Assembly: GCA_039815375.1 (NCBI GenBank)
Contig: JBCBZJ010000019.1
Coordinates: 1-64,000, forward strand
From: Verrucomicrobiota bacterium
GTDB taxonomy: Bacteria > Verrucomicrobiota > Verrucomicrobiia > Opitutales > Coraliomargaritaceae
Direction: 5' to 3'
DNA length: 64,000 bases
Shown: one piece after another, positions 30,117 to 40,120 of the stretch
Layout of the letters: each line of letters begins with the position of its first letter
Numbering within the stretch: position 1 is the first letter of the stretch
Notes under the pieces: generated by a model
Databases searched by the model: none
Seen by the model: the letters and a program-made list of their open reading frames with translations, nothing else
What the model was told of the DNA's origin: nothing
Program-made: the position numbers and the translations under genes

Positions 30117-31682
30117 ATGCATCAATTATCGTATCTGCTTCTCTCTCTACTTTCTCTGACCGCAGTCTTCGCCAAACAGCCAAATATTGTGTTTGTGTTC
30201 TCTGACGACCATGCGACGCAAGCAATCAGCGCCTATGGTAGCCGCTTAGCCGATGTCGCCCCAACCCCGCATCTGGACCGTCTTGCCAGCGAGGGTATTC
30301 TGTTTGACCGCTGCATGGTGACTAACTCCATCTGTGGTCCCAGCCGCGCTGTCATCCAAACCGGTAAGCACAGTCACTTGAACGGTTTTTTGAATAACCA
30401 GAGCAGCTTCGACGGCACCCAACAGACTTTCCCTAAACTACTTCAGCAACATGGCTATCAAACCGCTATCGTCGGAAAATGGCATCTGAAGTCTGAACCG
30501 CAGGGCTATGATTACTGGGATGTCCTCCCCGGCCAAGGCCACTACTATAATCCGGATTTTATCAGCACAAACGGCAAATACAGGGTAACCGGTTACGTCT
30601 CTGAAATTATCACCGAAAAAGCGATTCAATGGCTAGAGGAGCAACGCAATACGGATCGACCCTTTATGCTAATGGTTCAGCATAAGGCACCCCACCGCGA
30701 ATGGGCACCTGCTCCGAAATACCTGACTGCCTTTGACAATGTCACAATTCCTGAGCCGGAAACACTCTTTGACGACTACAAAGGCCGCGGCACTGCAGCC
30801 CGTAAGCAGGACATGTCGATCGCAAAGACCATGAGCTGGGGAAAGGATCTCAAAGTGAGAGAACTTGCCCGCAAAGGTAGTCAATTGGAAAAACGCGTCT
30901 TTGAGCGCATGACACCAGAGCAAGTCGCCCAATGGGAGGCCGCTTACAACCCGAAGAACAAAGCATTGTTAGAGGCCAATCTCGAAGGCGACGACCTCAT
31001 TCGCTGGAAATACCAACGCTACCTCAAGGACTACCTACGGACCATTAAGTCGGTCGATGAGTCCGTTGGCCAATTGAGAGCACACCTTGAGAAGCTTGGC
31101 CTCGCCGAGGAAACCGTCTTCATCTACTCTTCTGATCAGGGCTTCTATCTTGGCGAGCATGGTTGGTTCGACAAGCGTTTCATGTATGATGAGTCTTTTC
31201 GTACGCCCTTGATCGTTAGCTGGCCCGGAGTCTACCCAGCAGGAAAGCGCATTGCAGATCTCGTTTCCAATCTCGATTTTGCGCAGACTTTTTTGGAGAT
31301 TACAGGCGCGCCGCAACCCAATGACATGCAGGGTCGGAGCCTCGTTCCGATTCTCAAAGGTAAGACGCCCAAAGACTGGCGCAAGAGCCTCTACTACCAC
31401 TACTACGAAGGCCCACCCGCGGTGCATAAAGTACAGCGCCACGAAGGTGCCTACGATGGCCGTTACAAGCTAATGAACTTCTACGATATTGGCGAATGGG
31501 AGCTCTACGACACCAAGACTGACCCCAACGAAATGCAGAACCAGTATCACAATCCTGAATACGCCCGAGTCGTGGCTCGGATGAAACAGGAATTGGCTCA
31601 TTTACGAGAGAACTATAAAGTGCCCCCATTAAAGCCCAGCAAACAGATCAAGGTGAAGAAAAACAAAAAACTAAACTGGTAG
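30117..31682 (+). CDS. Sulfatase, GlcNAc-6-O-sulfatase / mucin-desulfating (S1_11)-like
   Basis: Motifs [51 protein letters not shown]. Confidence 0.9.
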   Translation: MHQLSYLLLSLLSLTAVFAKQPNIVFVFSDDHATQAISAYGSRLADVAPTPHLDRLASEGILFDRCMVTNSICGPSRAVIQTGKHSHLNGFLNNQSSFDGTQQTFPKLLQQHGYQTAIVGKWHLKSEPQGYDYWDVLPGQGHYYNPDFISTNGKYRVTGYVSEIITEKAIQWLEEQRNTDRPFMLMVQHKAPHREWAPAPKYLTAFDNVTIPEPETLFDDYKGRGTAARKQDMSIAKTMSWGKDLKVRELARKGSQLEKRVFERMTPEQVAQWEAAYNPKNKALLEANLEGDDLIRWKYQRYLKDYLRTIKSVDESVGQLRAHLEKLGLAEETVFIYSSDQGFYLGEHGWFDKRFMYDESFRTPLIVSWPGVYPAGKRIADLVSNLDFAQTFLEITGAPQPNDMQGRSLVPILKGKTPKDWRKSLYYHYYEGPPAVHKVQRHEGAYDGRYKLMNFYDIGEWELYDTKTDPNEMQNQYHNPEYARVVARMKQELAHLRENYKVPPLKPSKQIKVKKNKKLNW

Positions 31683-32106
31683 AGTCATCTTCAATCTGTA
31701 TGTAACCAATCCAAGATACATGCTATTCAATATGGATATTGAGGTTTTCTAAACGCCTCGGAAGCCACTCCCCGCTCGGCTGCAAAAGCATTCTTGAATG
31801 TGAAGAATACAAACACATCCATTATTATAAAAAACATGTGAATAAGACTGCCGGCTTGTATTAGGCACAACTAAACGCTATACCAGGTGAATAAATTTCC
31901 TGTCCAGTAAGTTCAGTTCGGGCAAGTCGAAGTCTTGATTAACTTTTCGAATGGACCACTTCAAGTTATCCCGTACCCGATCAATCTGAATTCGTTTGTT
32001 TATCACGATATAATCACTTAGCGGATTACTCAGATTCCTTATTAAAATTGCAGATATTTTGACGAAAATAAAAAAAACAAGACCCTTCTTTACTATCAAA
32101 AACATA

Positions 32107-35100
32107 GTGCAGTATCAAAAACTGAGGTTACGCCTCCTTTACTGCCTGATCTTTAGTGCTACATCAGCCTTTGCACAGAATTCTATCTTAATTGATTTCT
32201 CAAAAACATCCCAAACCGTCACTGGGAACTGGAATAATGTATTTACCACCGGAGGCGGCTCAAGCGGTAACTTTGGATCCACTTCAGGTGTTCTAATAGA
32301 TAACTTGGTGCGATTCTCTGATTCTGCACTAACCGGCGTAGCACTAAATTTCGCGATCACTGGTTCAGGCCTTAATCAAATAGGCATCGGTGGCATAGAT
32401 GTCGTATCTGAAGGTAATGCTGCCGTTTTTCCTCAAACAGGAGCCATCCCTGATAATGCTCAGACTGATGTCTGCTTTATTCTAACGGAGAGCACACTAA
32501 CATTCTCCGGTTTAAACGATTCACTTTTATATGATGTATCATTTCAGTCCTGGACAGATGATACGTCCAGAGATCCTGCAACATTCACTGTACAGCCTGG
32601 AGAATCATTCGAGGCCGCGTTGGTGGTTGACTCTAATGACAGCCCTTCGGTCTATACATTTTCCGAGGTCCCTACCGATGGTTCCGGAAACATTGAAATA
32701 CGCGTCCAGCCAGGGAACACTGCAGCCAGTATTAATGCAATAGAGCTTAGCTTTCCTCAGGTTTTGACGGATCCTCCAACAATTGCGGCCTCAACCCGCA
32801 ACTTGCCCTATATCAATGATTCCACTTCGCTTTCGATTACTTTTGATCTATCCGCCAGCTCTGCAACTTTGACTACTCCGGGAGGAATCGTCGATTTAAA
32901 GGCCCTGGATGCGATAGACGACACTCCAAACAATGGTGCTGTCGTTCATGTAGATGTTCCGGGCATGGACTACACTTATCTTGTTGAGGTCGTCGGAAAC
33001 AACGGCACTGAAACTGCGACTGAGACAGTTTCAGTAACACGAGAATTTTTAGCGACTACTGAAATCTATAATTCTCCGAAACCTCGATACAATGTGCTCT
33101 TTATTATCACGGACGATTTGAACTGTGATTTGGGCACCTATGATCATCCGCTTGTGCAATCACCCAATATTGACAGCCTTGCGGCCTCCGGCAGGCAGTT
33201 TGATCGAGCCTATTGCCAATGGCCCGTCTGTTGGCCATCGCGCAAGAGTTTTATGACAGGTCTCTATCCAGATCCCATAAATGCATCGCTCAAGAATGAC
33301 CCTGTAAGAAACGAAAATCCACGAACGATTACGATGTCTCAGCACTTTATGGCGAGTGGCTACCAAGTGGACCGAGTAGGAAAAATTTATCACTATGATG
33401 TCCCGGCATCTATTGGAGAAGCGGGCAGCGATGATCCTCAGTCATGGCTGCGCTGGTACGCGCCAAGCGGGCGCGATAAAACGATAGAGAACCAGATAAT
33501 TCGCGTCTCTTCGCTCAACCCGAATGCAAACAATAACAACGGCTTAGGGGCGCAGATTAGTTGGCTCTCTGATGACCATGATAATGGTCAAAGTGATTTG
33601 GAACAGACTGATGGACTCGTCGTTCTCCAAGCGAATTCACTTCTATCAGAATACGCCAGCTCCGATACGCCCTTTTTCCTAGCGGTAGGTTTGTTTCGCC
33701 CACACACACCTTTTGTCTTCCCCAGCCAATACATCGATCCCTATGATTTAGATGATATTTCCGTTCCGACCATTCCTTCCGGCTATCTAAATAGTATTCC
33801 GTCTCAGGCCAGGAGTTATGTAAGGAATTTTGCATCTGATAACGATTTGGATCCAGAAGTCGCCAAACAGGCTATTCAGGCTTATTATGCTACAATAAGC
33901 TTTGTTGATGCTAATGTAGGTCGTCTACTCAGTCAGTTGGATTCATTAGGGCTTCGCGATAACACCATCGTTGTCTTCACATCGGATCATGGCTATCACA
34001 TGGGAGAGCATGGTCACTACCAGAAAAAGACTTTGTATGAAAACGCAACGCGCGTGCCCTTGATTATATCTGTCCCTGGACAGCCCAATGCGGGTGTGAG
34101 AACAGAATCATATGTAGAGATGATCGATTTTTATAGGACGCTGAGTGATTTAGCGGGATTACCAGAACCTTATTTCCCCAAAGGCGTTAGTTTAGAACCG
34201 ATAATTAATGATCCGACAATTTCAGTCAGAGATAGTGCCTTCAGTCAGATCGACAGCAATTATTCAATTAGAATGGATCAATGGAGATACACAAAGTATT
34301 CCAACGGAGATTTCGAATTGTATGATCATACCACAGATGCTGATGAACTGGTTAATCTAGCAGGAGATTCTAACTACTCAGCAATTGTGGCAACTCTTGA
34401 TGCAAAACTTCAGGAGCGAATCGCAGATTCACAAGAAGCAAAACCATATCCATCCAGTGGACGAGAACCTTATTTGGGCCGGCCTATCGAGCTACCTGGG
34501 ACCCTTCAGGCCGAATACTTTGACTATGGTGGGCAGGGGCTCAGTTGGAATGACAGCACGGCTGGAGGAGACGCTTGGCGTGATACCGATGTCGACCTCG
34601 AACCGACTGAAGACGGGAGTTTCCACATTGGCTCGATAACAGATGGAGAGTGGGTAGAGTATACGGTAGATCTTACTTCCGGGACCTACGATTTGACGAT
34701 GCGTTCCGCATCTAATCAATCTTCGCCGGGTCGCGTGAATGTTTACGTAGAAGAACAATTCGTAGGTTCCCTCCAAGGCTCTGCGACAGGAGGCTGGAAA
34801 GTTTACGCAGAAACTAGTCTAGCTGGTATTGCGATTACCGGTGCGGGAGCCAATACACGCATCAGACTCGAAATGGATCGTACATCCGGAGGGACAAACG
34901 CGTTTAATATCGACTGGATTCATTTCGACCTCAAGCAGATTGATTTTGTGCAATGGACCGGAAACTACGACGGATGGTCAATAACTCCCGTCGATATGAA
35001 TGCTGATGAAGATGGAGATGGTTTTGATAACAAAACAGAGTTCTTATTTGGAGGAAATCCTCTGAGTTCGCTTTCAACGCCCGCAATCACCTATTTTAAA

Positions 35101-35322
35101 GACGACCAAGATCAGGAATTCTCGGCATCTTTGTATGTTCAGGATTCAGCGCAGGAGGGGAACTTCAGTTGGCAATGGGCGCGGGATTTAACTACCGGGA
35201 GCTGGTTTACGTCTGGTTTCGAGCAGACTGATACAGACATTCCCAATGGTATGATCCGCAGTCAAATTCTTCTAGACACAAGTCAGGAGCCACAAGTATT
35301 TCTTCGCGGAATCTTTGAGTAG
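32107..35322 (+). CDS. Multidomain secreted sulfatase (iduronate-2-sulfatase/S1_7-like) with N-terminal beta domains, CBM6-like domain and acidic C-terminal domain
   Basis: Sulfatase motifs DDLN, CWPSRKSFMTG, GKIYH, RPHTPF, SDHGYHMGEH; CBM6-like QAEYFD..GEWVEYTV..FNIDW; tail DEDGDG.DN..EF.FGGNP. I prefer GTG 32107 (ORF track TTG 32059). Confidence 0.88.
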   Translation: MQYQKLRLRLLYCLIFSATSAFAQNSILIDFSKTSQTVTGNWNNVFTTGGGSSGNFGSTSGVLIDNLVRFSDSALTGVALNFAITGSGLNQIGIGGIDVVSEGNAAVFPQTGAIPDNAQTDVCFILTESTLTFSGLNDSLLYDVSFQSWTDDTSRDPATFTVQPGESFEAALVVDSNDSPSVYTFSEVPTDGSGNIEIRVQPGNTAASINAIELSFPQVLTDPPTIAASTRNLPYINDSTSLSITFDLSASSATLTTPGGIVDLKALDAIDDTPNNGAVVHVDVPGMDYTYLVEVVGNNGTETATETVSVTREFLATTEIYNSPKPRYNVLFIITDDLNCDLGTYDHPLVQSPNIDSLAASGRQFDRAYCQWPVCWPSRKSFMTGLYPDPINASLKNDPVRNENPRTITMSQHFMASGYQVDRVGKIYHYDVPASIGEAGSDDPQSWLRWYAPSGRDKTIENQIIRVSSLNPNANNNNGLGAQISWLSDDHDNGQSDLEQTDGLVVLQANSLLSEYASSDTPFFLAVGLFRPHTPFVFPSQYIDPYDLDDISVPTIPSGYLNSIPSQARSYVRNFASDNDLDPEVAKQAIQAYYATISFVDANVGRLLSQLDSLGLRDNTIVVFTSDHGYHMGEHGHYQKKTLYENATRVPLIISVPGQPNAGVRTESYVEMIDFYRTLSDLAGLPEPYFPKGVSLEPIINDPTISVRDSAFSQIDSNYSIRMDQWRYTKYSNGDFELYDHTTDADELVNLAGDSNYSAIVATLDAKLQERIADSQEAKPYPSSGREPYLGRPIELPGTLQAEYFDYGGQGLSWNDSTAGGDAWRDTDVDLEPTEDGSFHIGSITDGEWVEYTVDLTSGTYDLTMRSASNQSSPGRVNVYVEEQFVGSLQGSATGGWKVYAETSLAGIAITGAGANTRIRLEMDRTSGGTNAFNIDWIHFDLKQIDFVQWTGNYDGWSITPVDMNADEDGDGFDNKTEFLFGGNPLSSLSTPAITYFKDDQDQEFSASLYVQDSAQEGNFSWQWARDLTTGSWFTSGFEQTDTDIPNGMIRSQILLDTSQEPQVFLRGIFE

Positions 35323-35521
35323 AGCTCGTTCGTGGATGTTATCTCTATTTGATCCATCGAAATACATTAGAAACGTAGTAGCTGCGTGAAAGGTATGACC
35401 TGATGAAAACAGAACCGCTTAAAAAGTTGTTTTGGATTTAGAAAGGCCTCAGAATTAAAATGTTAGCGGAAAAAAGAGCTCCATTTTCCATGAATGCAGA
35501 ACATTCCATGGAACATCCATC

Positions 35522-35951
35522 GTGAATGATGGCCTCCCCTTGACACCCGATCAAACAGTACGGACAGTTGTCTCATATGTCGACCTTACCACAGGCCTAG
35601 AGGTCTTTGAAAACCGAATCGACATCGACAATAATGCCCAATTGAAAGCGGTGGATTTCTCACTCCTTGGGATTACGCACTTGTCGCTTCAGAGGGAAAT
35701 AACGAACTCGATACCATCGACAACCTAACTGGACTTCAGGTGTTTTACAATGCCGGTGATCTCCGTATGTCCTCTGAGGGCTACCTCCAGTTGCGCAAGC
35801 TGCCGTGACGTTGGCAGTGACCTCGGCGTCTCCGACTCGTGGACTGAACGTCGCAAGCTCTTCCGAAAATGAAATGCAATATACCTTCGTCGAAGATGAT
35901 GTCCCGCATATGAGTTTCTTTTATGGTGTGAAGATAGTCGTGAATCGATAG
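35522..35951 (+). pseudogene. Frameshifted remnant of a secreted YncE/YVTN-type beta-propeller protein
   Basis: Three short pieces in different frames read ..VRTVVSYVDLTTGLE..RIDIDNN..AVDFSLLG / DYALVASEGNNELDTID / ..YTFVEDD..SFFYGVKIVVNR*. No intact ORF is present. Confidence 0.45.
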
Positions 35952-36224
35952 AATATTGGTTGATTTGGAACTGACTGCGTTGAGCGCTAGAATCCTTAGG
36001 CCATTATCCTTGTCGCAATTTTTGATCTGCTTTCACAGGTATGTCTCAGATCGCACAAGTGTAATGGAAAAGTGAATACAAGTGAACTTGCTTGCTGAAG
36101 CGATGCATGTATTTCATTGAATGAATCAACATGACACTCAGCATATTTTTGCAATTAAGTCACAAAATGCCAATAGACTTTTTCGGTAAGAATCTCCGAA
36201 CAAACGGTCAAATCCCATTTTTAC

Positions 36225-37019
36225 TCAGATCCCCTCAACAACGGAGAAGTTGTCAAACCAGGCATATACCGTTGTCAATTGCCCACTATCATCCACAGGA
36301 GCCCATTTTTCCGAATGACCACCGTGGAAGGTGCTGAATAGGAGCTGCTGGATTAGCGTTTCGGAACCTCCTTTACCACGAAATCTTACTTTCGAAACCC
36401 GCGCAACTTCATGCTCGTCGATTCGAATACTGACCATCCCATTAGATTGGTCTGGGTCATTCAAGCTGACTTGTAGCACAACATGATGCCATTTCCCTGC
36501 ATCAAAAACAGGATTTACTGTCTGCTTGCGGGCGCCCCAACGCCAACGGTGTTTTTGCTCGTACAAATAGGTCGAAACCTTGCCATCGTCTTCAAACATC
36601 ATGCGAGCACTCCATCCATCCGGCCGACGTTCCTGCCCTCCGGTAACCGGTTTAAGGGGACCAAGCCCATGCAGTTTTCCACCACGCCGCCACTGAAAGT
36701 CTTCTTCGAAACGGACATCGAAGGATAGTGTCGCCTGAGACACCGCCTTGCTCAATGGGTACTTAAAAGTAACCCGCTCACTACCCAGCTCACTACCAAC
36801 ATAGGCTACGAGAATGGCAGCTGAGCCATCGGTACCTGAGCCCTCAACCAAAGTCACATTTCGTTCCTTCATTGCTCGCTCTTCGAAGCGGTTGAAATGA
36901 TTCCCATCAAAGTCGGCTCGCAGAAGCTCGCGCATACCCGTGTCTTCGCCGCACAAAATGCTGACTAAAGGCAATACACCAAACAAGGCCACCCTCATCA
37001 GACGATTTCGTAAACTCAT
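36225..37019 (-). CDS. Polysaccharide lyase, PL14-like beta-jelly-roll
   Basis: Signal peptide; motifs F...FQW.RGGKLHGL, WSARMMF, YLY, FSTFHGG...WAP. Confidence 0.75.
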   Translation of the reverse strand: MSLRNRLMRVALFGVLPLVSILCGEDTGMRELLRADFDGNHFNRFEERAMKERNVTLVEGSGTDGSAAILVAYVGSELGSERVTFKYPLSKAVSQATLSFDVRFEEDFQWRRGGKLHGLGPLKPVTGGQERRPDGWSARMMFEDDGKVSTYLYEQKHRWRWGARKQTVNPVFDAGKWHHVVLQVSLNDPDQSNGMVSIRIDEHEVARVSKVRFRGKGGSETLIQQLLFSTFHGGHSEKWAPVDDSGQLTTVYAWFDNFSVVEGI

Positions 37020-37100
37020 TTAGATCAGATTGTTCACTTTGAGGAAAAGGCAATTCCTACATTTAGATCACACACCGTGAACCGTTCGTGCAACAAACGT

Positions 37101-38138
37101 TTACAGCTCACGTATCCAGAAATTGCGAAACTGCACGGCATGGCCGTGGTCTTGTAAATAGAGTGGCAAAGCTTCCTTCGGATGAGGCATCTTTCGGCGC
37201 ACCTCCGTGTTATAGGGGATTTCCGGAATGACTTCGTCGGTATGAATCGGTCTTCCGTTGTGCAACACCGTGATTCGAGGATGCTCCAGAAACTTGCCTG
37301 CTTGATCATAGCGTGCAGCCCGGAAAGTAATGTCATAGGTCTGCCACTGTTCGGGCGGCGCAGTGCGGTTTACCTTCGGAGGTGCGACTTTGTAGAGCGC
37401 ACCACAGTCGGTCCAGCCGGCTTCGACTCCATAACTATCGAGGATTTGTACTTCATACTTATCCTGAATAAACAAACCACTATTACAACGGCCTGCGCCG
37501 GATGCTTCAGGCGCATAAGGTAGTTTAAACTCCAGATGAAGCTCACAATCTGCATAGCTTTTCCGAGTATACAGGCTCCCACCGTTCTTATTACCCGCAT
37601 ACTTCGGGTAACACTCCATAACACCGCCATCAATTAATTTCCACGTAGCCGACGTACCGTCAGAATGCTGCCAATTCTCAAGACTATCACCGATCAGAAT
37701 ATCTGCCTCCTTGGGCGCGGGTAGTCCCATAGTCGGAGAGACCCGCTCAATTTTCGTCAACTTGAAAGGCATTGGCACAGCTTTACCGCTTTTCGTAGTG
37801 TGCTGCTTAACGCCGCTCAGAACATTTCCCTGAACCGAAAACTGCCACTGTTTGTCTTCATAGCTTATAACACCATCTTTTAGGCTAATTTCCTTTTCGA
37901 AATCGCACTTCGCACGACGTTCAAAAGCATTCAGGAACTGCACCTCAAACTTACCATTCTTCTTACCGATGATACGAGCAACCAGTGTCGGATTGTTGGC
38001 GCCATGGCTGCCTTTAGGAGGATCGATATAGCTCCCCGTCCAATCACCCATAAACGAAGGTGGTTGACCACCGTACATCTGACTCATTACGAGCAGACAG
38101 GCCAAAGCTGAAGTGTAGCAGAGCTTGTTAAAGTTCAT
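37101..38138 (-). CDS. DUF1080 domain protein with additional N-terminal beta domain
   Basis: Signal peptide; motifs LHLEF, NSGLFIQ..YEVQILDS, WQTYDITF, LQDHG..VQFRNFW. Confidence 0.9.
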   Translation of the reverse strand: MNFNKLCYTSALACLLVMSQMYGGQPPSFMGDWTGSYIDPPKGSHGANNPTLVARIIGKKNGKFEVQFLNAFERRAKCDFEKEISLKDGVISYEDKQWQFSVQGNVLSGVKQHTTKSGKAVPMPFKLTKIERVSPTMGLPAPKEADILIGDSLENWQHSDGTSATWKLIDGGVMECYPKYAGNKNGGSLYTRKSYADCELHLEFKLPYAPEASGAGRCNSGLFIQDKYEVQILDSYGVEAGWTDCGALYKVAPPKVNRTAPPEQWQTYDITFRAARYDQAGKFLEHPRITVLHNGRPIHTDEVIPEIPYNTEVRRKMPHPKEALPLYLQDHGHAVQFRNFWIREL

Positions 38139-38180
38139 CGAATATCAATGCAGATGCTTCTGCTGATGCAATAAACCATC

Positions 38181-38211
38181 GCTGAATCCCGGGCAATGGC
38201 CGGGATTCAGC
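38181..38211. repeat. Perfect 12-bp inverted repeat (intercistronic hairpin)
   Basis: GCTGAATCCCGG-GCAATGG-CCGGGATTCAGC between two co-oriented genes, with no clear U-tract. Confidence 0.7.
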
Positions 38212-38223
38212 ATACAAATCCTT

Positions 38224-39582
38224 TTAGCTGACCAGAAATTCTTTCCGGTAATCGTATTGGCTTTTCAAATATTGATTAGCCGACGTGTTATTAGTGAACT
38301 TGAGAGTTGTTGCATCAAACTCAAGCACACTATCAAATTGTAAGGAAGCTGCACCAAGCAATGCAGTTCCAGTGAAATCAGCCGCATAGTCGGCAATATT
38401 CGAACCCGGTTGCTTACCCGCCTTAGCACATGCAATCCACTCTCTGAAATGTGATTTACCGACACGAGGCAAAGTTTTTGCCGGCAACGCTTTATCCATT
38501 CTCAGTTGGCGGAAGTAATCGTTCGGGAAAACACGTGCAGCTTTTGCATACATATCAGCAAATATCGCGCCCTTTGTTCCTACCAAAATAGTACCATTCG
38601 CCTGCCCTTTCTTATTCGTTTCTCGATTTTCCAAGATGAATTCATTTGGCACAAAGGGAACATCTTTGGGCCTGCGGCCACCGTCCATCCAAGTCAACTT
38701 GATCGGACCACGTCCTCCTTTTGCCGCAAACTCGAAAAATATAGACGATTGTTTCGGGAAAGCGACTTGAGTATTAGCAACGGAGTCTGACCAAACCTTG
38801 GTGGGGAAACCAAGACGAAGTGGAGTATAAGAACCATCCATAGCATGGCAGGCAATATCACCAATTGCCCCAGCTCCATACATTTTGAATCCGCGCCACT
38901 TGAACGGAGCAATATCTGAGCTGAAAGCTTTTTCCGGCGCAACTCCCTGCCAGAGGTTCCAATCAATCGTGTTAGGAACCGGCTCAGAATTTGGCCAAGA
39001 TTTCATGCCCTGCGGCCATACGGGACGATTAGTCCAGTGGTACACTTCCTCAACTTCGCCAATAATACCGGCATTGACCCACTCCTCGATATCCCGGAGA
39101 CCATCATTCGCGTGCCCTTGATTGCCCATTTGCGTAATCACACCGGATTCCTTGGCTGCCTGCTTAAGCAACATGGCTTCTTCAAAAGTGCGTACGAGTG
39201 GTTTTTCACACAAGACATGCTTGCCATTTGCCATAGCCCACAAAGCAATCGGATAGTGCATGTGATCCGGAACTGCGATCGAAACCGCATCAATCTGGCT
39301 GCCCATCTTGTCGAACATCACCCGGAAATCTTTAAACCGTGGAACATTCGGATATTTACTAAAAGTTTTTGCCGCACGCTTCTCGTCTACATCACAAAAG
39401 GCAACATACTCTTCACCTGATAAGCCCTTAACGTGACTGGTTCCCCTGCCACCTACGCCGATCACAGCAATGCGAAGTTTCTGACCGCGAAGGTTCTGAG
39501 CTCGGATTATTGAAGGTGCTACTAAACCAGCAACACTGAGTGCTCCAGTATTTTGAATAAACTTTCGTCTACTTATTGTCAT
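38224..39582 (-). CDS. Tat-exported Gfo/Idh/MocA oxidoreductase
   Basis: SRRKFI twin-arginine signal from ATG 39582; motifs IGVGGRG, PDHMH, CEKPL, QMGNQG, WRG...G.GAIGDIACH. Confidence 0.93.
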   Translation of the reverse strand: MTISRRKFIQNTGALSVAGLVAPSIIRAQNLRGQKLRIAVIGVGGRGTSHVKGLSGEEYVAFCDVDEKRAAKTFSKYPNVPRFKDFRVMFDKMGSQIDAVSIAVPDHMHYPIALWAMANGKHVLCEKPLVRTFEEAMLLKQAAKESGVITQMGNQGHANDGLRDIEEWVNAGIIGEVEEVYHWTNRPVWPQGMKSWPNSEPVPNTIDWNLWQGVAPEKAFSSDIAPFKWRGFKMYGAGAIGDIACHAMDGSYTPLRLGFPTKVWSDSVANTQVAFPKQSSIFFEFAAKGGRGPIKLTWMDGGRRPKDVPFVPNEFILENRETNKKGQANGTILVGTKGAIFADMYAKAARVFPNDYFRQLRMDKALPAKTLPRVGKSHFREWIACAKAGKQPGSNIADYAADFTGTALLGAASLQFDSVLEFDATTLKFTNNTSANQYLKSQYDYRKEFLVS

Positions 39583-39953
39583 AATTCTAGTACCGTCGTG
39601 CGGCTTTAGGTATTTTGAGTAATTTTTGAGAGCCAACGATTAAATTGACAAGGGGTGATTTAGATAGAGTCAGCTTCCTACTGACACCGAATATTCGAAA
39701 AGGTTTGAGAAAAATAAAGCGCATGTCAACTCGGACAAATTGCCAAAAAAATTATTTCCAGTTCGATTCAACGCGCAAAAACGACCTGAGGCGACGGAAA
39801 TATGTTCCAAAGACCACCGATTAAATAGACGAATCGACAACTTTGGTCGCGCACCTAAGAATACACCCGATCTCTTACAATAGGGATGCTAGGGTTGAAT
39901 AGGATTAAAGCGTAATTGCGTAGACCAATGGTGTTTTTGGGCAATAAGCTGTA

Positions 39954-40011
39954 ATGGTCATTCTATCGGTAAAATGACCAAGTTGTCGAATATCCCCCCT
40001 TTTGGTAGAAT
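39954..40011 (+). promoter_or_regulatory. Palindromic regulator box plus sigma70-like promoter upstream of the GH2-sulfatase-GH2 operon
   Basis: TCGGTAAAATGACCAA (39966-39981), 1 bp, TTGTCG, 17 bp, TAGAAT preceded by TGn. A degenerate second box at 39954-39969 overlaps it. Confidence 0.7.
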
Positions 40012-40120
40012 ATACTATTCAATTTAAGGACAACGTCGCAATCGAGCATTCATCTGTTGATAGCTCTGCCGTGATGATTTCTGCCTCCGACATTGTACCT
40101 ACCCAAAACAATTGTATTTT

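Noticed and set aside
36183..36199. TCGGTAAGAATCTCCGA as a regulator box
   Set aside because: It is one base too long, the right half is poor, and it lies at a gene 3' end.
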